Positions 15,568 through 25,130 of a stretch of 64,000 nucleotides of DNA are shown here, one piece after another. The stretch lies in NCBI GenBank assembly GCA_947651225.1, contig CANSYK010000007.1, forward strand, positions 6,784 through 70,783, given 5' to 3'. Positions within the stretch are counted from its first letter, which is position 1, and each line of letters starts with the position of its first letter. The translations under genes and the position numbers were made by a program. The notes under the pieces are model-generated. The model was not told the DNA's origin and searched no databases. It was given only the letters and a program-made list of their open reading frames with translations. This DNA is from an uncultured bacterium. GTDB lineage: Bacteria > Bacillota > Clostridia > Lachnospirales > Lachnospiraceae.

Positions 15568-16467
15568 CTATTCTTCGTTTAAATACTCCACTGCGGCAAT
15601 GGCTGCATTCGCTCCATCTGAGGCTGCTGTTATTACCTGCCGCAGAAATTTTGCCCGGACATCTCCTGCTACAAAAAATCCATGCGCAGAAGTCTTTCCT
15701 GTTTCATCAGCAACAACATAACCTGCATGATCCAGTTCTACCTGCTCTTTGATTGAATCTGTCTGTGGTGTCATTCCAACTGCTACAAATACACCATCTA
15801 CTTCCAGAATTTTTCCATCTTTTAGCTCAACTGAAGAAACCTTATCTTCTCCTGCTATTTTTACAATCTCTGCTGGTGTTACCAGTTCAATATTTTCTTT
15901 CTGGCGTATTCGCTCTAACGTCTTTTTTGAACCACGAAATTCATTTCTACGATGAATCAGATATACTTTGTTACAAAGTTCTGACAGGTACAACGCATCA
16001 TCCATTGCCGTATTGCCGCCACCAATTACGGCCGTATCCTTATTTCGGAAAAAAGCGCCGTCACAGGTTGCACAATAAGAAACTCCTTTTCCGGCATATT
16101 CTTCCTCTCCCGGCACACCCAAATGACGGTGCGCAGCTCCCGTCGCATAGATTACCGTTTTTGCCTCTATCGTTTCGCCATTGCTGCAGTGTACTTTCCA
16201 GATCTTTCCTTCCACTTCAAACCCCACCGCCTCTTTTGGCATAATTTCCACCCCAAGGCTGATTGCATGTTCCCGAAATTTTTCACCGAGATCATACCCA
16301 TTGATGCCACAATATCCCAGATAATTATCTACCTGGCTGCTTTCGGCAATCTGTCCGGTTCCACAATAAACCTTTTCCAAAACAAGAAGCTCCAGATTGG
16401 CTCTTTTTGCATAAATAGCAGCCGAAAGCCCTGCCGGTCCGCTTCCTATAATTAATAAATCTAACAT
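15568..16467 (-). CDS. trxB: Thioredoxin-disulfide reductase
   Basis: GSGPAG FAD motif, redox-active CATCDG and GGGNTA NADPH motif. 299 aa. Confidence 0.9.
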   Translation of the reverse strand: MLDLLIIGSGPAGLSAAIYAKRANLELLVLEKVYCGTGQIAESSQVDNYLGYCGINGYDLGEKFREHAISLGVEIMPKEAVGFEVEGKIWKVHCSNGETIEAKTVIYATGAAHRHLGVPGEEEYAGKGVSYCATCDGAFFRNKDTAVIGGGNTAMDDALYLSELCNKVYLIHRRNEFRGSKKTLERIRQKENIELVTPAEIVKIAGEDKVSSVELKDGKILEVDGVFVAVGMTPQTDSIKEQVELDHAGYVVADETGKTSAHGFFVAGDVRAKFLRQVITAASDGANAAIAAVEYLNEE

Positions 16468-16509
16468 TTTTTCTCCTTTTCCAGAGACGAACAGGCAGGT
16501 CTCAATAAA

Positions 16510-17817
16510 TTAATTTACTGCCTTAAATGCCTCTTCCAAATCTTCAATAATATCGTCAATATTTTCTGTACCAATTGATAAACGAATCGTGTTTGGCTTA
16601 ATTCCCTGGTCTGACAGCTCCTCTTCATTTAACTGGGAATGTGTCGTAGACGCCGGATGGATTACCAATGACTTCACATCTGCCACATTAGCAAGAAGTG
16701 AAAACAGCTCCAGATTGTCAATAAAATCTTTTGCCTTCTGTGCATCACCCTTGATCTCAAATGTAAAGATAGAGCCGCCGCCATTTGGAAAATATTTTTT
16801 ATAAAGCTCTTTCTGGGTTGCATCTTCTGTTACAGAAGGATGATGTACCGCTTCTACCTGTGGGTGATTTTTTAAATACTCTACTACTTTTAACGCATTT
16901 TCCACATGTCTTTCTACACGGAGTGACAGTGTTTCCAATCCCTGCAAAAAGATAAACGCATGGAACGGAGATAACGTAGCGCCTGTATCACGAAGCAGAA
17001 TTGCACGGATTTTTGTTACAAATGCTGCCGCTCCAACTGCTTTTGTAAAGCTGATACCATGATAACTTGGGTTTGGTTCTGTAAGTGATGGGAATTTTCC
17101 ACTTGCCTCCCAATCAAATTTTCCACTGTCTACAATTACACCACCAATTGTTGTTCCATGTCCGCCAATAAACTTTGTTGCAGAATGAACAACGATATCT
17201 GCACCATATTCAATTGGGCGTACCAGATAAGGTGTTGCAAATGTATTGTCAATGACAAGCGGAATCTTGTGTGCATGAGCAATTTCGGCAAACTTCGCAA
17301 TATCTGATACATCAGAATTAGGATTTCCCAAAGTCTCAATAAATATTGCCTTTGTATTCTCCTGAATAGCATTTTCTACTTCCTCAAAATTTGATGGCTC
17401 AACAAATGTCGCTGTAATACCATACTGTGGAAGTGTATGCGCTAATAAATTATATGTTCCACCATAAATATTTTTCGCAGAAACAATATGGTCTCCTGCC
17501 TGTGCCAGATTCTGGAATGTATAAGTAATTGCCGCTGCACCGGAAGCAACTGCCAGTGCGGCAACACCGCCCTCTAACGCTGCAATCCTCTGCTCAAAAA
17601 CATCTTCTGTCGGATTGGTAAGCCTTCCATAAATATTACCTGCATCACTTAACCCAAACCTTGCCGCTGCATGCTCACTGTTGTGAAATACATAAGAAGA
17701 TGTCTGGTAAATCGGCACTGCTCTTGCATCCGTGACCGGATCTGCCTGTTCTTGTCCTACATGTAACTGTAATGTTTCAAACTTCAAATTTCTTTCTGCA
17801 TATGTTTTTTTTGCCAT
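16510..17817 (-). CDS. metY: O-acetylhomoserine sulfhydrylase (PLP-dependent Cys/Met metabolism family)
   Basis: 435 aa. It has the family-typical N-terminus ...TLQLHVGQE.DP.T.A.AVPIYQTSSY.F and the SATKFIGGHG PLP-lysine motif. Confidence 0.85.
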   Translation of the reverse strand: MAKKTYAERNLKFETLQLHVGQEQADPVTDARAVPIYQTSSYVFHNSEHAAARFGLSDAGNIYGRLTNPTEDVFEQRIAALEGGVAALAVASGAAAITYTFQNLAQAGDHIVSAKNIYGGTYNLLAHTLPQYGITATFVEPSNFEEVENAIQENTKAIFIETLGNPNSDVSDIAKFAEIAHAHKIPLVIDNTFATPYLVRPIEYGADIVVHSATKFIGGHGTTIGGVIVDSGKFDWEASGKFPSLTEPNPSYHGISFTKAVGAAAFVTKIRAILLRDTGATLSPFHAFIFLQGLETLSLRVERHVENALKVVEYLKNHPQVEAVHHPSVTEDATQKELYKKYFPNGGGSIFTFEIKGDAQKAKDFIDNLELFSLLANVADVKSLVIHPASTTHSQLNEEELSDQGIKPNTIRLSIGTENIDDIIEDLEEAFKAVN

Positions 17818-17943
17818 AGTCTACCTCTTTTCCGTGCCTCTTATGTGTTATTACTTTCAATAACCCTTCGCACTGATTCATTATTTTTTGTGGGAAGCAG
17901 TCTGTTTCACTGCATTCCATATATTACCTCTTTACTGTTGCAT

Positions 17944-17972
17944 ATTATAACACCTATTTCCCTATTTGTAAA
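17944..17972 (-). promoter_or_regulatory. metY promoter (TTTACA-17 nt-TATAAT) with AATAGGGAAATAGG in the spacer
   Basis: -35 at 17967..17972, -10 at 17944..17949. The repeat motif lies at 17953..17965 on the gene strand. Confidence 0.5.
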
Positions 17973-18047
17973 GTAGGTTTATTTCCAAAATATAAACCAG
18001 GGAGGCCATTCCACCTTGTGACACACTCATTTCCATATTAAATTTCA

Positions 18048-19349
18048 CTAATCACAAAAAGATATAGACGTTTTCCTTTCACCACTACAAGCACTAGTTA
18101 TGATCTTCGCTGTCTTCTGCAAATCCTCCTTTGTATGGGCGGCAGATACAAACATTGCCTCAAACTGGGAAGGTGCAAGATAGATTCCTTTTTCCAACAT
18201 ACTGTTAAAATAAGCAGCATACTGTCTGGTATCGGAACTGACAGCCGTTGCATAATCTATTACCTTTTTCTCTGTAAAGAACACACTCATCAAAGAACCA
18301 ATTTGATTAACACATACTTTATCTCCAAAGGCATTCCGAATAGCATCTGCCAGTTTGTTTGTATTTTTCTCTAACTGTTCATAAAGTTCTGGCTGCTCCC
18401 GTAATATTTTCAAGGTTTCAATTCCTGCAGTTGTTGCAATTGGATTACCAGACAAAGTTCCCGCCTGATAAACACCCCCTAATGGAGCGACTGTTTCCAT
18501 AATTTCTTTTCTTCCGCCATATGCCGCCATTGGCATACCACCGCCAATAATTTTTCCCAAGGTAGTAAGATCCGGTTTTATCTGAAAATATTCCTGCGCT
18601 CCCCCTAACGCCAGCCGAAACCCTGTAATTACTTCATCAAAAATCAAAAGCGCCTGATACTGGTCTGCGATATTGCGAAGCGCCTGCAAAAATCCAGCTT
18701 CCGGAAGTACTACTCCCATATTGGCAGCTACTGGCTCTACAATGATTGCAGCAATTTCTTTCCCTTCTTTTTCAAATAGTCCTTCTACCGAGCCAATATC
18801 GTTATATTCTGCAATCAGGGTATTCCTTGTATAATCTTCTGGCACGCCAAGGCTGTCAGGGACAGACTGTGTTAAAGCGCCAGAGCCTGCCTTTACAAGT
18901 AATCCGTCCGAATGGCCATGGTAACAGCCACGGAATTTTACAACCTTATCCCGCCCGGTAAACCCTCTTGCTGCCCGTATTGCACTCATAACCGCCTCTG
19001 TACCAGAATTTACCAGACGAAGCATTTCTATGGAAGGTATCATTTCCTGCACCATTTCCGCAAGAATATATTCTTTTTCTGTCGGCGCCCCAAAGGTAAG
19101 CCCTTTTTCACACGACTCCTGCACCGCCCTGACTACCTGCTCTTTTGCATGCCCTAAAATCCCCGGTCCCCAGGAACAGACATAATCAATATATTCATTC
19201 CCATCTACATCATAGATTTTAGAACCTTTTGCATGATCAATAAATACCGGATTACGGGACACTGCCTGAAACGCCCGTACAGGACTGTTAACTCCGCCCG
19301 GCATTAATTTTTTTGATTTTTCAAATAAATCATCTGATGTCTTGTACAT
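18048..19349 (-). CDS. hemL: Glutamate-1-semialdehyde 2,1-aminomutase
   Basis: MPGGVNSPVRAF plus class-III aminotransferase motifs. The start is placed at MYKTSDDLF, preceded by GGAGG. Confidence 0.9.
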   Translation of the reverse strand: MYKTSDDLFEKSKKLMPGGVNSPVRAFQAVSRNPVFIDHAKGSKIYDVDGNEYIDYVCSWGPGILGHAKEQVVRAVQESCEKGLTFGAPTEKEYILAEMVQEMIPSIEMLRLVNSGTEAVMSAIRAARGFTGRDKVVKFRGCYHGHSDGLLVKAGSGALTQSVPDSLGVPEDYTRNTLIAEYNDIGSVEGLFEKEGKEIAAIIVEPVAANMGVVLPEAGFLQALRNIADQYQALLIFDEVITGFRLALGGAQEYFQIKPDLTTLGKIIGGGMPMAAYGGRKEIMETVAPLGGVYQAGTLSGNPIATTAGIETLKILREQPELYEQLEKNTNKLADAIRNAFGDKVCVNQIGSLMSVFFTEKKVIDYATAVSSDTRQYAAYFNSMLEKGIYLAPSQFEAMFVSAAHTKEDLQKTAKIITSACSGERKTSISFCD

Positions 19350-19399
19350 ATGATCCTCCAATAAAAATATGTTTTTCTATTTTCTTTCTTCCCTCTATC

Positions 19400-19577
19400 T
19401 ATTATAATATAATTGTTCTCTTCGATATCAATAACAACACGTATTGTAGAACCGGATATCAGCGTAATCTGCAATCCAGACAAGCTCACAGACAAAGGCT
19501 GTAACGGCGCACCAGACTGGATTATTGAAATCATTTCTCCTGGCAATCCCAGCCATGACTATATTGAAAAACTCCCA
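19400..19577 (+). pseudogene. Uma2-family (DUF820) endonuclease remnant, frameshifted and truncated at both ends
   Basis: VLFDINNNTY reads in one frame and VEPDISVICNPDKLTDKGCNGAPDWIIEIISPGNPSHDYIEKL in the next. Both align to FAVFLNADDKNYVEPDISVICDREKLTDQGCKGAPDWVVEIVSP...DYLLKL of 39465..40019. Confidence 0.6.
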
Positions 19578-20534
19578 TTACAACCAGCCTGCCACATCCA
19601 GGGCATGGTATGTGATAATAATCTTTGCCCCGGCTCTTTTCATGGCAATCATATTTTCCATTACAATCCGCTTTTCATCAATCCAGCCATTTTGTGCGGC
19701 CGCTTTTACCATAGAATATTCCCCACTGACATTGTAAACGGCAATTGGACACGCTGTCTGCTGCGATACCTCTTTCACGATATCCAGATAGGCAAGTGCA
19801 GGCTTTACCATAATAATATCAGCCCCCTCTTCGATATCATTTTTACACTCCCTGACTGCTTCTTTCCCATTTGCCGAATCCATCTGATAGGTCTTGCGGT
19901 CGCCAAAAGCCGGAGCAGAATGTGCGGCATCCCGGAACGGTGAATAATAACCAGAAGCAAATTTTGCACTATATGACATAATCGGCGTATGATAAAATCC
20001 CTCTTGATCCAACGCCTTTCTTATATACTCCACTCTCCCATCCATCATATCAGATGGTGCAATGATATCTGCTCCCGCTTTCGCCAGGCTGACGGACATC
20101 TTTCCTAAAAGAACCAACGTTTCATCATTTAAAATCTCGCCATCACGAATCAATCCACAATGGCCATGGGAAGTATATTCACACAGACAAACATCGGCAA
20201 TCACCAAAAGATTGGGCACTCTTTCCTTTATATAGCGAACCGCCCTCTGTGTTATTCCCTTATCGCAGTATGCTTCGCTTCCTGTTTCATCCTTATGTGC
20301 AGGAATTCCAAAAATCAGAACTGCTAAAATTCCAGCGTCCCTGACCCTGTCTAACTCTTCTCCAAGTCTGTCAATAGAATACTGATAAATCCCTGGCATG
20401 GAATCCACCGGATTCTTTATATTTTCTCCTTCTATCACAAAAATCGGGTAAACGAAATCCGATTTTTCCAGGGAAGTTTCCCTGACAAGACTTCTCATTT
20501 CCTCATTTACCCGTAAACGTCTCATCCGTATCAT
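19578..20534 (-). CDS. hemB: Porphobilinogen synthase (delta-aminolevulinic acid dehydratase)
   Basis: MRRLRVNE.MR.LVRET and the Cys-rich zinc site DVCLCEYTSHGHCG. The active-site Lys context is IMVKPA. Confidence 0.9.
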   Translation of the reverse strand: MIRMRRLRVNEEMRSLVRETSLEKSDFVYPIFVIEGENIKNPVDSMPGIYQYSIDRLGEELDRVRDAGILAVLIFGIPAHKDETGSEAYCDKGITQRAVRYIKERVPNLLVIADVCLCEYTSHGHCGLIRDGEILNDETLVLLGKMSVSLAKAGADIIAPSDMMDGRVEYIRKALDQEGFYHTPIMSYSAKFASGYYSPFRDAAHSAPAFGDRKTYQMDSANGKEAVRECKNDIEEGADIIMVKPALAYLDIVKEVSQQTACPIAVYNVSGEYSMVKAAAQNGWIDEKRIVMENMIAMKRAGAKIIITYHALDVAGWL

Positions 20535-20551
20535 CTTTTTTCCCTCACCTC

Positions 20552-22066
20552 TTACCATTTTTCGGTCATTTTTTCAAACGATATGATGGCATCCATCAAT
20601 CCATTCACATCACTGACATCTGCCACAACATCTGCCTCTCCATATAGCTGCTTTACTTTCTGGCAGGTAACAGTTCCAATACATGCTATTTTTATTCCCT
20701 CTGGCAAAACAATCCCTTCCCTTTTGATTTCTGCAAAAAAGGACTGTACGCCGGAAGCGCTGACAAATACGAGATAATCCACCTCTTCCAAAGCTGCTTT
20801 GTGGCAGGCAATTTTTCCTGTTACATCATAAACAGGAAGGTTGCAAAACACAATACCACATTCTTTTAGAACGTTTTCCAGTTCTACACTCCCCTGAACA
20901 GCCCGTGGAATCAGAACCTTCTCCCCTTTTTCTGCCACCCTGGAAAATTCCTGTGCCATCACAGAAACCTGGTAAGCAGAAGGGATAAAGTCTGCTAAAA
21001 TCCCATATTCTTTCAGTTTCGCTGATGTGCCACTCCCTAAAACACCAAATTTTATCCTGCCAAGCCTTCTGATATCAATTTCTAAATCTTGCATTTCCTC
21101 AAAAAAGATAGCGACTGCATTCTGGCTGGTAAATAAAATCCACTGATATTCTTCTATGCGGCTAAGCTCCTGACGTAATTTTTCAATCTGTTCTGTCTTT
21201 TTAATTTCCATATTACAGACAGGAACAACATCCATATTCTCTTTTTCTAATCCTGTTTTCAGCTTTTTTAGTAAAGCCTCTGTTGCTGTTACCCCAATAC
21301 GCTTTTTTCTTATATTATCTTTATATTGATATGCCGCCGTTTCCCCGATTACAATCACCGCCGGAGAAGAAATTTTGCTTTTCTTTACTTCTTCCTCAAT
21401 GGACGCCAAGGTTCCTCTGACAACGCACTGATAGTCTGTTGTCCCATTTGCAATTACGGCTGCTGGTGTTGTTTCTGCCTTCCCTGATGCGATCAGCTTT
21501 TCTGCAATTTTCCCCAACCTGGAAAGCCCCATCAAAAAAACAAGCGTCCCTTCCATTTCTGCCAGCGCCTTATAATGATATGATTCCTCATCCAAAGGCT
21601 CTTCTGTATGTCCTGTGATTACATGAAAGCTTCTGCTGACCCTTCGGTGTGTAACAGGAATCCCTGCACACTCTGGTACGGCAATCGCAGAGCTGATTCC
21701 CGGAATCACCTCAAAAGGAATACCATGTTTTTGCAGAATCTCCACCTCCTCGCCGCCTCTTCCAAAAACGAATGGATCTCCTCCTTTCAAGCGCACTACC
21801 AATTTATGCCTTTTTGCACAATCGACCAGAATTTCATTAATCTCATCCTGCTTCCGGTAGTGCTTCCCTGGCTGTTTTCCAACATAAATCCTCTCACAGC
21901 CCTTTGGGACATAATCAAGCAGCCTTTCCGAAGCCAGCCGATCATAAACTACAGCATCGCACTCTTTTAGCCTCTCCATTCCCTTTATCGTAAGAAGCCC
22001 TTCATCACCGGAACCTGCCCCCACCAGATAAACCTTTCCCACAAGTTTCATCTCCTTTTCTGTCAT
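20552..22066 (-). CDS. cobA: Bifunctional uroporphyrinogen-III C-methyltransferase / uroporphyrinogen-III synthase
   Basis: The N-terminal half has VYLVGAGSGDEGLLT...RLKGGDPFVFGRGGEE (SUMT). The C-terminal half is HemD-like (ILFTSQNAV...). Confidence 0.85.
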   Translation of the reverse strand: MTEKEMKLVGKVYLVGAGSGDEGLLTIKGMERLKECDAVVYDRLASERLLDYVPKGCERIYVGKQPGKHYRKQDEINEILVDCAKRHKLVVRLKGGDPFVFGRGGEEVEILQKHGIPFEVIPGISSAIAVPECAGIPVTHRRVSRSFHVITGHTEEPLDEESYHYKALAEMEGTLVFLMGLSRLGKIAEKLIASGKAETTPAAVIANGTTDYQCVVRGTLASIEEEVKKSKISSPAVIVIGETAAYQYKDNIRKKRIGVTATEALLKKLKTGLEKENMDVVPVCNMEIKKTEQIEKLRQELSRIEEYQWILFTSQNAVAIFFEEMQDLEIDIRRLGRIKFGVLGSGTSAKLKEYGILADFIPSAYQVSVMAQEFSRVAEKGEKVLIPRAVQGSVELENVLKECGIVFCNLPVYDVTGKIACHKAALEEVDYLVFVSASGVQSFFAEIKREGIVLPEGIKIACIGTVTCQKVKQLYGEADVVADVSDVNGLMDAIISFEKMTEKW

Positions 22067-22069
22067 CTA

Positions 22070-22999
22070 TCACTGAAGCATTTTATAATAGCGAAAAATC
22101 TTTCCTTTTTCTTCACGAACAATAGAAATCTGCATTCCCTTCCCAATATGTTGTGCAAATACGCCAACCGCTTCATGGCATCCTGCATTGAGCTGCCGCA
22201 AAATCTCTCTTTCTGCTTCCAATGCTGCAAACGTTTTTTCATCCGAAATCTCCTGCACCATTTTTGATGCAATATCCCCTTTTCTTCCCTCCATCGCAAT
22301 AATTCCCTGGCCGCCCGCCGGAAGCATTTCCTCATAAGAGAAAAACTGATATTCCAAATCCTCTTCTTCCAAAAGCCTAAGCCGCTTTAAACCTGCTGCT
22401 GCCAGAATAATCCCATCATACTCTCTGTCCCGGAGCTTTTGCAGCCTTGTCGTAATATTGCCCCGCACCCCTTTACAAACCATCTCAGGATAAAGCGCTT
22501 TTATCTGGAGCTGCCTTCTTGGACTTCCTGTTCCAATAACAAAGCCTGCAGTATCAAGCTTTAGGTTTCTTTCCTGCAAGCCCGCTCCCTTTCTTGTCAC
22601 CAGCACATCTCTTGCATCCTCCCTTGAAAGTGCTCCGGCAATCACAAGCTTTTTATCAAGCTCTGTCGGCATATCCTTTGCGCTGTGCACTGCCAGGTCA
22701 ATCTTTTCATGCAGCAACGCCCCCTCCAGTTCTGTAATAAAAACGCCCTTCCCGCCAAACTCCTGCAGTGGTTTATTCAAATTTTTATCTCCCTCTGTAC
22801 AAATCAGGACTTTTTCTGTCTCAAGTCCAGGAAACTGCTTCTGCAAAGCAGCTATCACAAGGTTTGCCTGTTCCACAGCAAGTTTGCTTCCTCTTGTCCC
22901 GACCCTTACTTTTTTTCCAGCCCTCACTCTGTTTTCCTTTCGTTTCAGACCTACAGTTCCTAAATATCCCACAGCAATCTGACTAGTCTTCTTAACCAT
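22070..22999 (-). CDS. hemC: Hydroxymethylbilane synthase (porphobilinogen deaminase)
   Basis: VRVGTRGSKLAVEQA, GNITTRLQKL and the C-terminal cofactor Cys context LNAGCHEAVG. It has an N-terminal extension of about 30 aa if ATG 22999 is used. Confidence 0.9.
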   Translation of the reverse strand: MVKKTSQIAVGYLGTVGLKRKENRVRAGKKVRVGTRGSKLAVEQANLVIAALQKQFPGLETEKVLICTEGDKNLNKPLQEFGGKGVFITELEGALLHEKIDLAVHSAKDMPTELDKKLVIAGALSREDARDVLVTRKGAGLQERNLKLDTAGFVIGTGSPRRQLQIKALYPEMVCKGVRGNITTRLQKLRDREYDGIILAAAGLKRLRLLEEEDLEYQFFSYEEMLPAGGQGIIAMEGRKGDIASKMVQEISDEKTFAALEAEREILRQLNAGCHEAVGVFAQHIGKGMQISIVREEKGKIFRYYKMLQ

Positions 23000-23002
23000 T
23001 CC

Positions 23003-24139
23003 TTATTCTACTGCATACAGATACCCATCGGTGTCCCTTTTATATAAACCGGAATCTACTAAATCCTGAAGATTATCTTTCGTAATCACCTTTGGAATGA
23101 GAAGGAACGAAGAACATCTCTTTCCATCAGAAGTCTTGTAAGATTTTGTATCATATCTGCACTCAATCTCTAAATCCTTTGTTAAGGAAGCATCAATTTC
23201 TCTGCCTTCCAGAATACTTTGCGCAAGAGAAAGCGTAACAACAGCTTCATCACTTGCATTCTTATAAACTGTCATGGTCTGAATACCATCCACGATATTC
23301 TTTAAGTTTGCTTCATCGCCATCCTGACCTGTAATTAATATCGTATTAGAACCTGTGTAACCGGATGTAATCGCATATTCAACCCCCAATGCAACAGTGT
23401 CGCTTGAGCAGAGCCATGCATCAAGCTGCGTTCCGTCTGTATAATAAGAGGAAAGTATGTTCTGTGCTCTTTGATAGGCAGTACCCAGATCCCACTGTTC
23501 GGTCGCAGTCGAAAGAAAATCAGTCTGTCCAGATACCACTTTTAAGGTACCTGCTTTAATGTAAGGTTTTAAAACATCCATAGCGCCATTATAGAAATAC
23601 TTTGCATTATTATCAGCAGTGTCACCTGATGTAATTTCCATATTGTACACTTTGCCAGCCGCATTTTTAAGCTCAAGATTATCAGCGATAAATTCCCCCT
23701 GTAACTTTCCTATCATATAATTATCAAACGATACATAATAGGAAACCGCATCATTCAGAATCAGACGGTCATAAGAAATAACAGGAACCTTTGCCTCTGT
23801 CGCTTCCTCCATCGCCTCATCTAACGCAGTGCCGTCAATTGCATTAACAATTAATAAATCAACACCATCCGCAATCATATCCTGAATATCCTTTACCTGC
23901 TTTTTCGCATCATTATCGGAAAAAGTAAGAATTGTTTCATAACCCACTTCCTCAAAGTGTTCTGTCAGATATGCACTGTCACGATTCCAGCGTTCCTGCG
24001 AATGTGTTGGCATAGAAATACCAACTTTGCCAATTATCAGTTTATCTGTATTCTCTGAACCATCATCGGAACTACAACCAATTAATAAGATAGCTGCTAT
24101 TGCAACGCCTAATAACATACCTAATACTTTTCTTCTCAT
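23003..24139 (-). CDS. Sugar ABC substrate-binding lipoprotein (ChvE/xylose-type), orphan paralog embedded in the hem operon
   Basis: Start placed at MRRKVLGMLLGVAIAAILLIGCSS (GGGAGG RBS). It aligns collinearly with 28253..29431 with high identity. Its stop is 3 nt from the hemC ATG. Confidence 0.8.
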   Translation of the reverse strand: MRRKVLGMLLGVAIAAILLIGCSSDDGSENTDKLIIGKVGISMPTHSQERWNRDSAYLTEHFEEVGYETILTFSDNDAKKQVKDIQDMIADGVDLLIVNAIDGTALDEAMEEATEAKVPVISYDRLILNDAVSYYVSFDNYMIGKLQGEFIADNLELKNAAGKVYNMEITSGDTADNNAKYFYNGAMDVLKPYIKAGTLKVVSGQTDFLSTATEQWDLGTAYQRAQNILSSYYTDGTQLDAWLCSSDTVALGVEYAITSGYTGSNTILITGQDGDEANLKNIVDGIQTMTVYKNASDEAVVTLSLAQSILEGREIDASLTKDLEIECRYDTKSYKTSDGKRCSSFLLIPKVITKDNLQDLVDSGLYKRDTDGYLYAVE

Positions 24140-24285
24140 ACAAAAACCTCCCTGTCCTTTCATATTGTAATATAGCAAAAATTGAAACATTTCATCATTT
24201 TACTTATATATTGTTATTTTATCACATATCTGGCTCTTATGCGACCATTTGTTATTACTTCCGGCCAGTCCTGAAAGCGCTGTTG

Positions 24286-24924
24286 TTACTGAGGACGGTG
24301 CGAACGGTAACGATCTATAAACTCTTTCACTACCTCCTCCGGAATTTCGCCTTCATGGCTTTCCCCATAAGATAGAAGTTGATAAAAAATTTTTTTCCGC
24401 TTTGCTGCCGCTGGAACTTCCTCTAAAATATATTGGCGGTATGCTCCCATTTTCTCTGCCATTTCTCCGTAATATTCCGGTATGGATGATACAAGCTTTT
24501 TCTTTAAATAAGACACTGCTGCCGGGCTCTGTCCTCCCGAAGAAATCGCCACTAACATATCATGGTCCTGTATCATCGCCGGAAAATAAAAAGAACATGC
24601 CTCTTTCTGGTCCACAGCATTCACAGGCAGCCCCTTTTTTCTGCACAAACCAGAAATATACTGATTTAACTCCCTGCTGTCTGTCGCTGCAACAACAAAA
24701 TCCATTCCCTCTAAATCTTTATCCAAAAACTTTTGCTCCCTTAACTGAATACGGCCCTGCTCTCTTTCCAGTAAATAAAATTTTTCTTCCAATACAGGTG
24801 AAACAACAACAATATTTACTTCGAATCCTAAAAGAATCTCTGCCTTGTGAAGGGCAACCGTTCCACCCCCAACAATCAGACAGTTTTTATCACAAATATC
24901 AATCATAAAAGGAAAATATGCCAT
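24286..24924 (-). CDS. sirC: Precorrin-2 dehydrogenase / sirohydrochlorin ferrochelatase (siroheme synthase N-terminal type)
   Basis: FPFMIDICDKNCLIVGGGTVALHKAEILL Rossmann motif. 212 aa, typical of SirC/CysG-N. Confidence 0.8.
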   Translation of the reverse strand: MAYFPFMIDICDKNCLIVGGGTVALHKAEILLGFEVNIVVVSPVLEEKFYLLEREQGRIQLREQKFLDKDLEGMDFVVAATDSRELNQYISGLCRKKGLPVNAVDQKEACSFYFPAMIQDHDMLVAISSGGQSPAAVSYLKKKLVSSIPEYYGEMAEKMGAYRQYILEEVPAAAKRKKIFYQLLSYGESHEGEIPEEVVKEFIDRYRSHRPQ

Positions 24925-24975
24925 TTTTCCGCACCTCCTGTTATGCCGCTATGCCTGGCATAATTTCTCATAACG

Positions 24976-25021
24976 AAAAAAAAATGAACTGCCAGCCACT
25001 CAAAAACTGCCAACAGTTCAT
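24976..25021 (-). terminator. Intrinsic terminator-like hairpin with a T9 tract about 50 nt upstream of sirC
   Basis: On the minus strand: ATGAACTG...CAGTTCAT stem (25014..25021 / 24984..24991), then TTTTTTTTT. Confidence 0.55.
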
Positions 25022-25130
25022 GTAAAATATTATAGTAAACAAAAAAAACGCTTGCGTTTTGCTTCGTTTACAGCGCCGGATACACGCTGCAAAGCAGCAT
25101 AACTTCCTATGTGTATCCGTGCGCATCCAT

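Noticed and set aside
17818-17943. SAM (S-box) or other riboswitch in the ~125-nt metY leader
   Set aside because: None of the S-box conserved blocks are present, and there is no terminator with a U-tract. Only two small hairpins are visible. Control is more plausibly exerted at the promoter-embedded AATAGG repeats.
19413-19943. 176-aa + strand ORF
   Set aside because: It is a chimera. Only the first ~55 codons resemble a Uma2 nuclease (the remnant is reported separately). The rest is the antisense strand of hemB.
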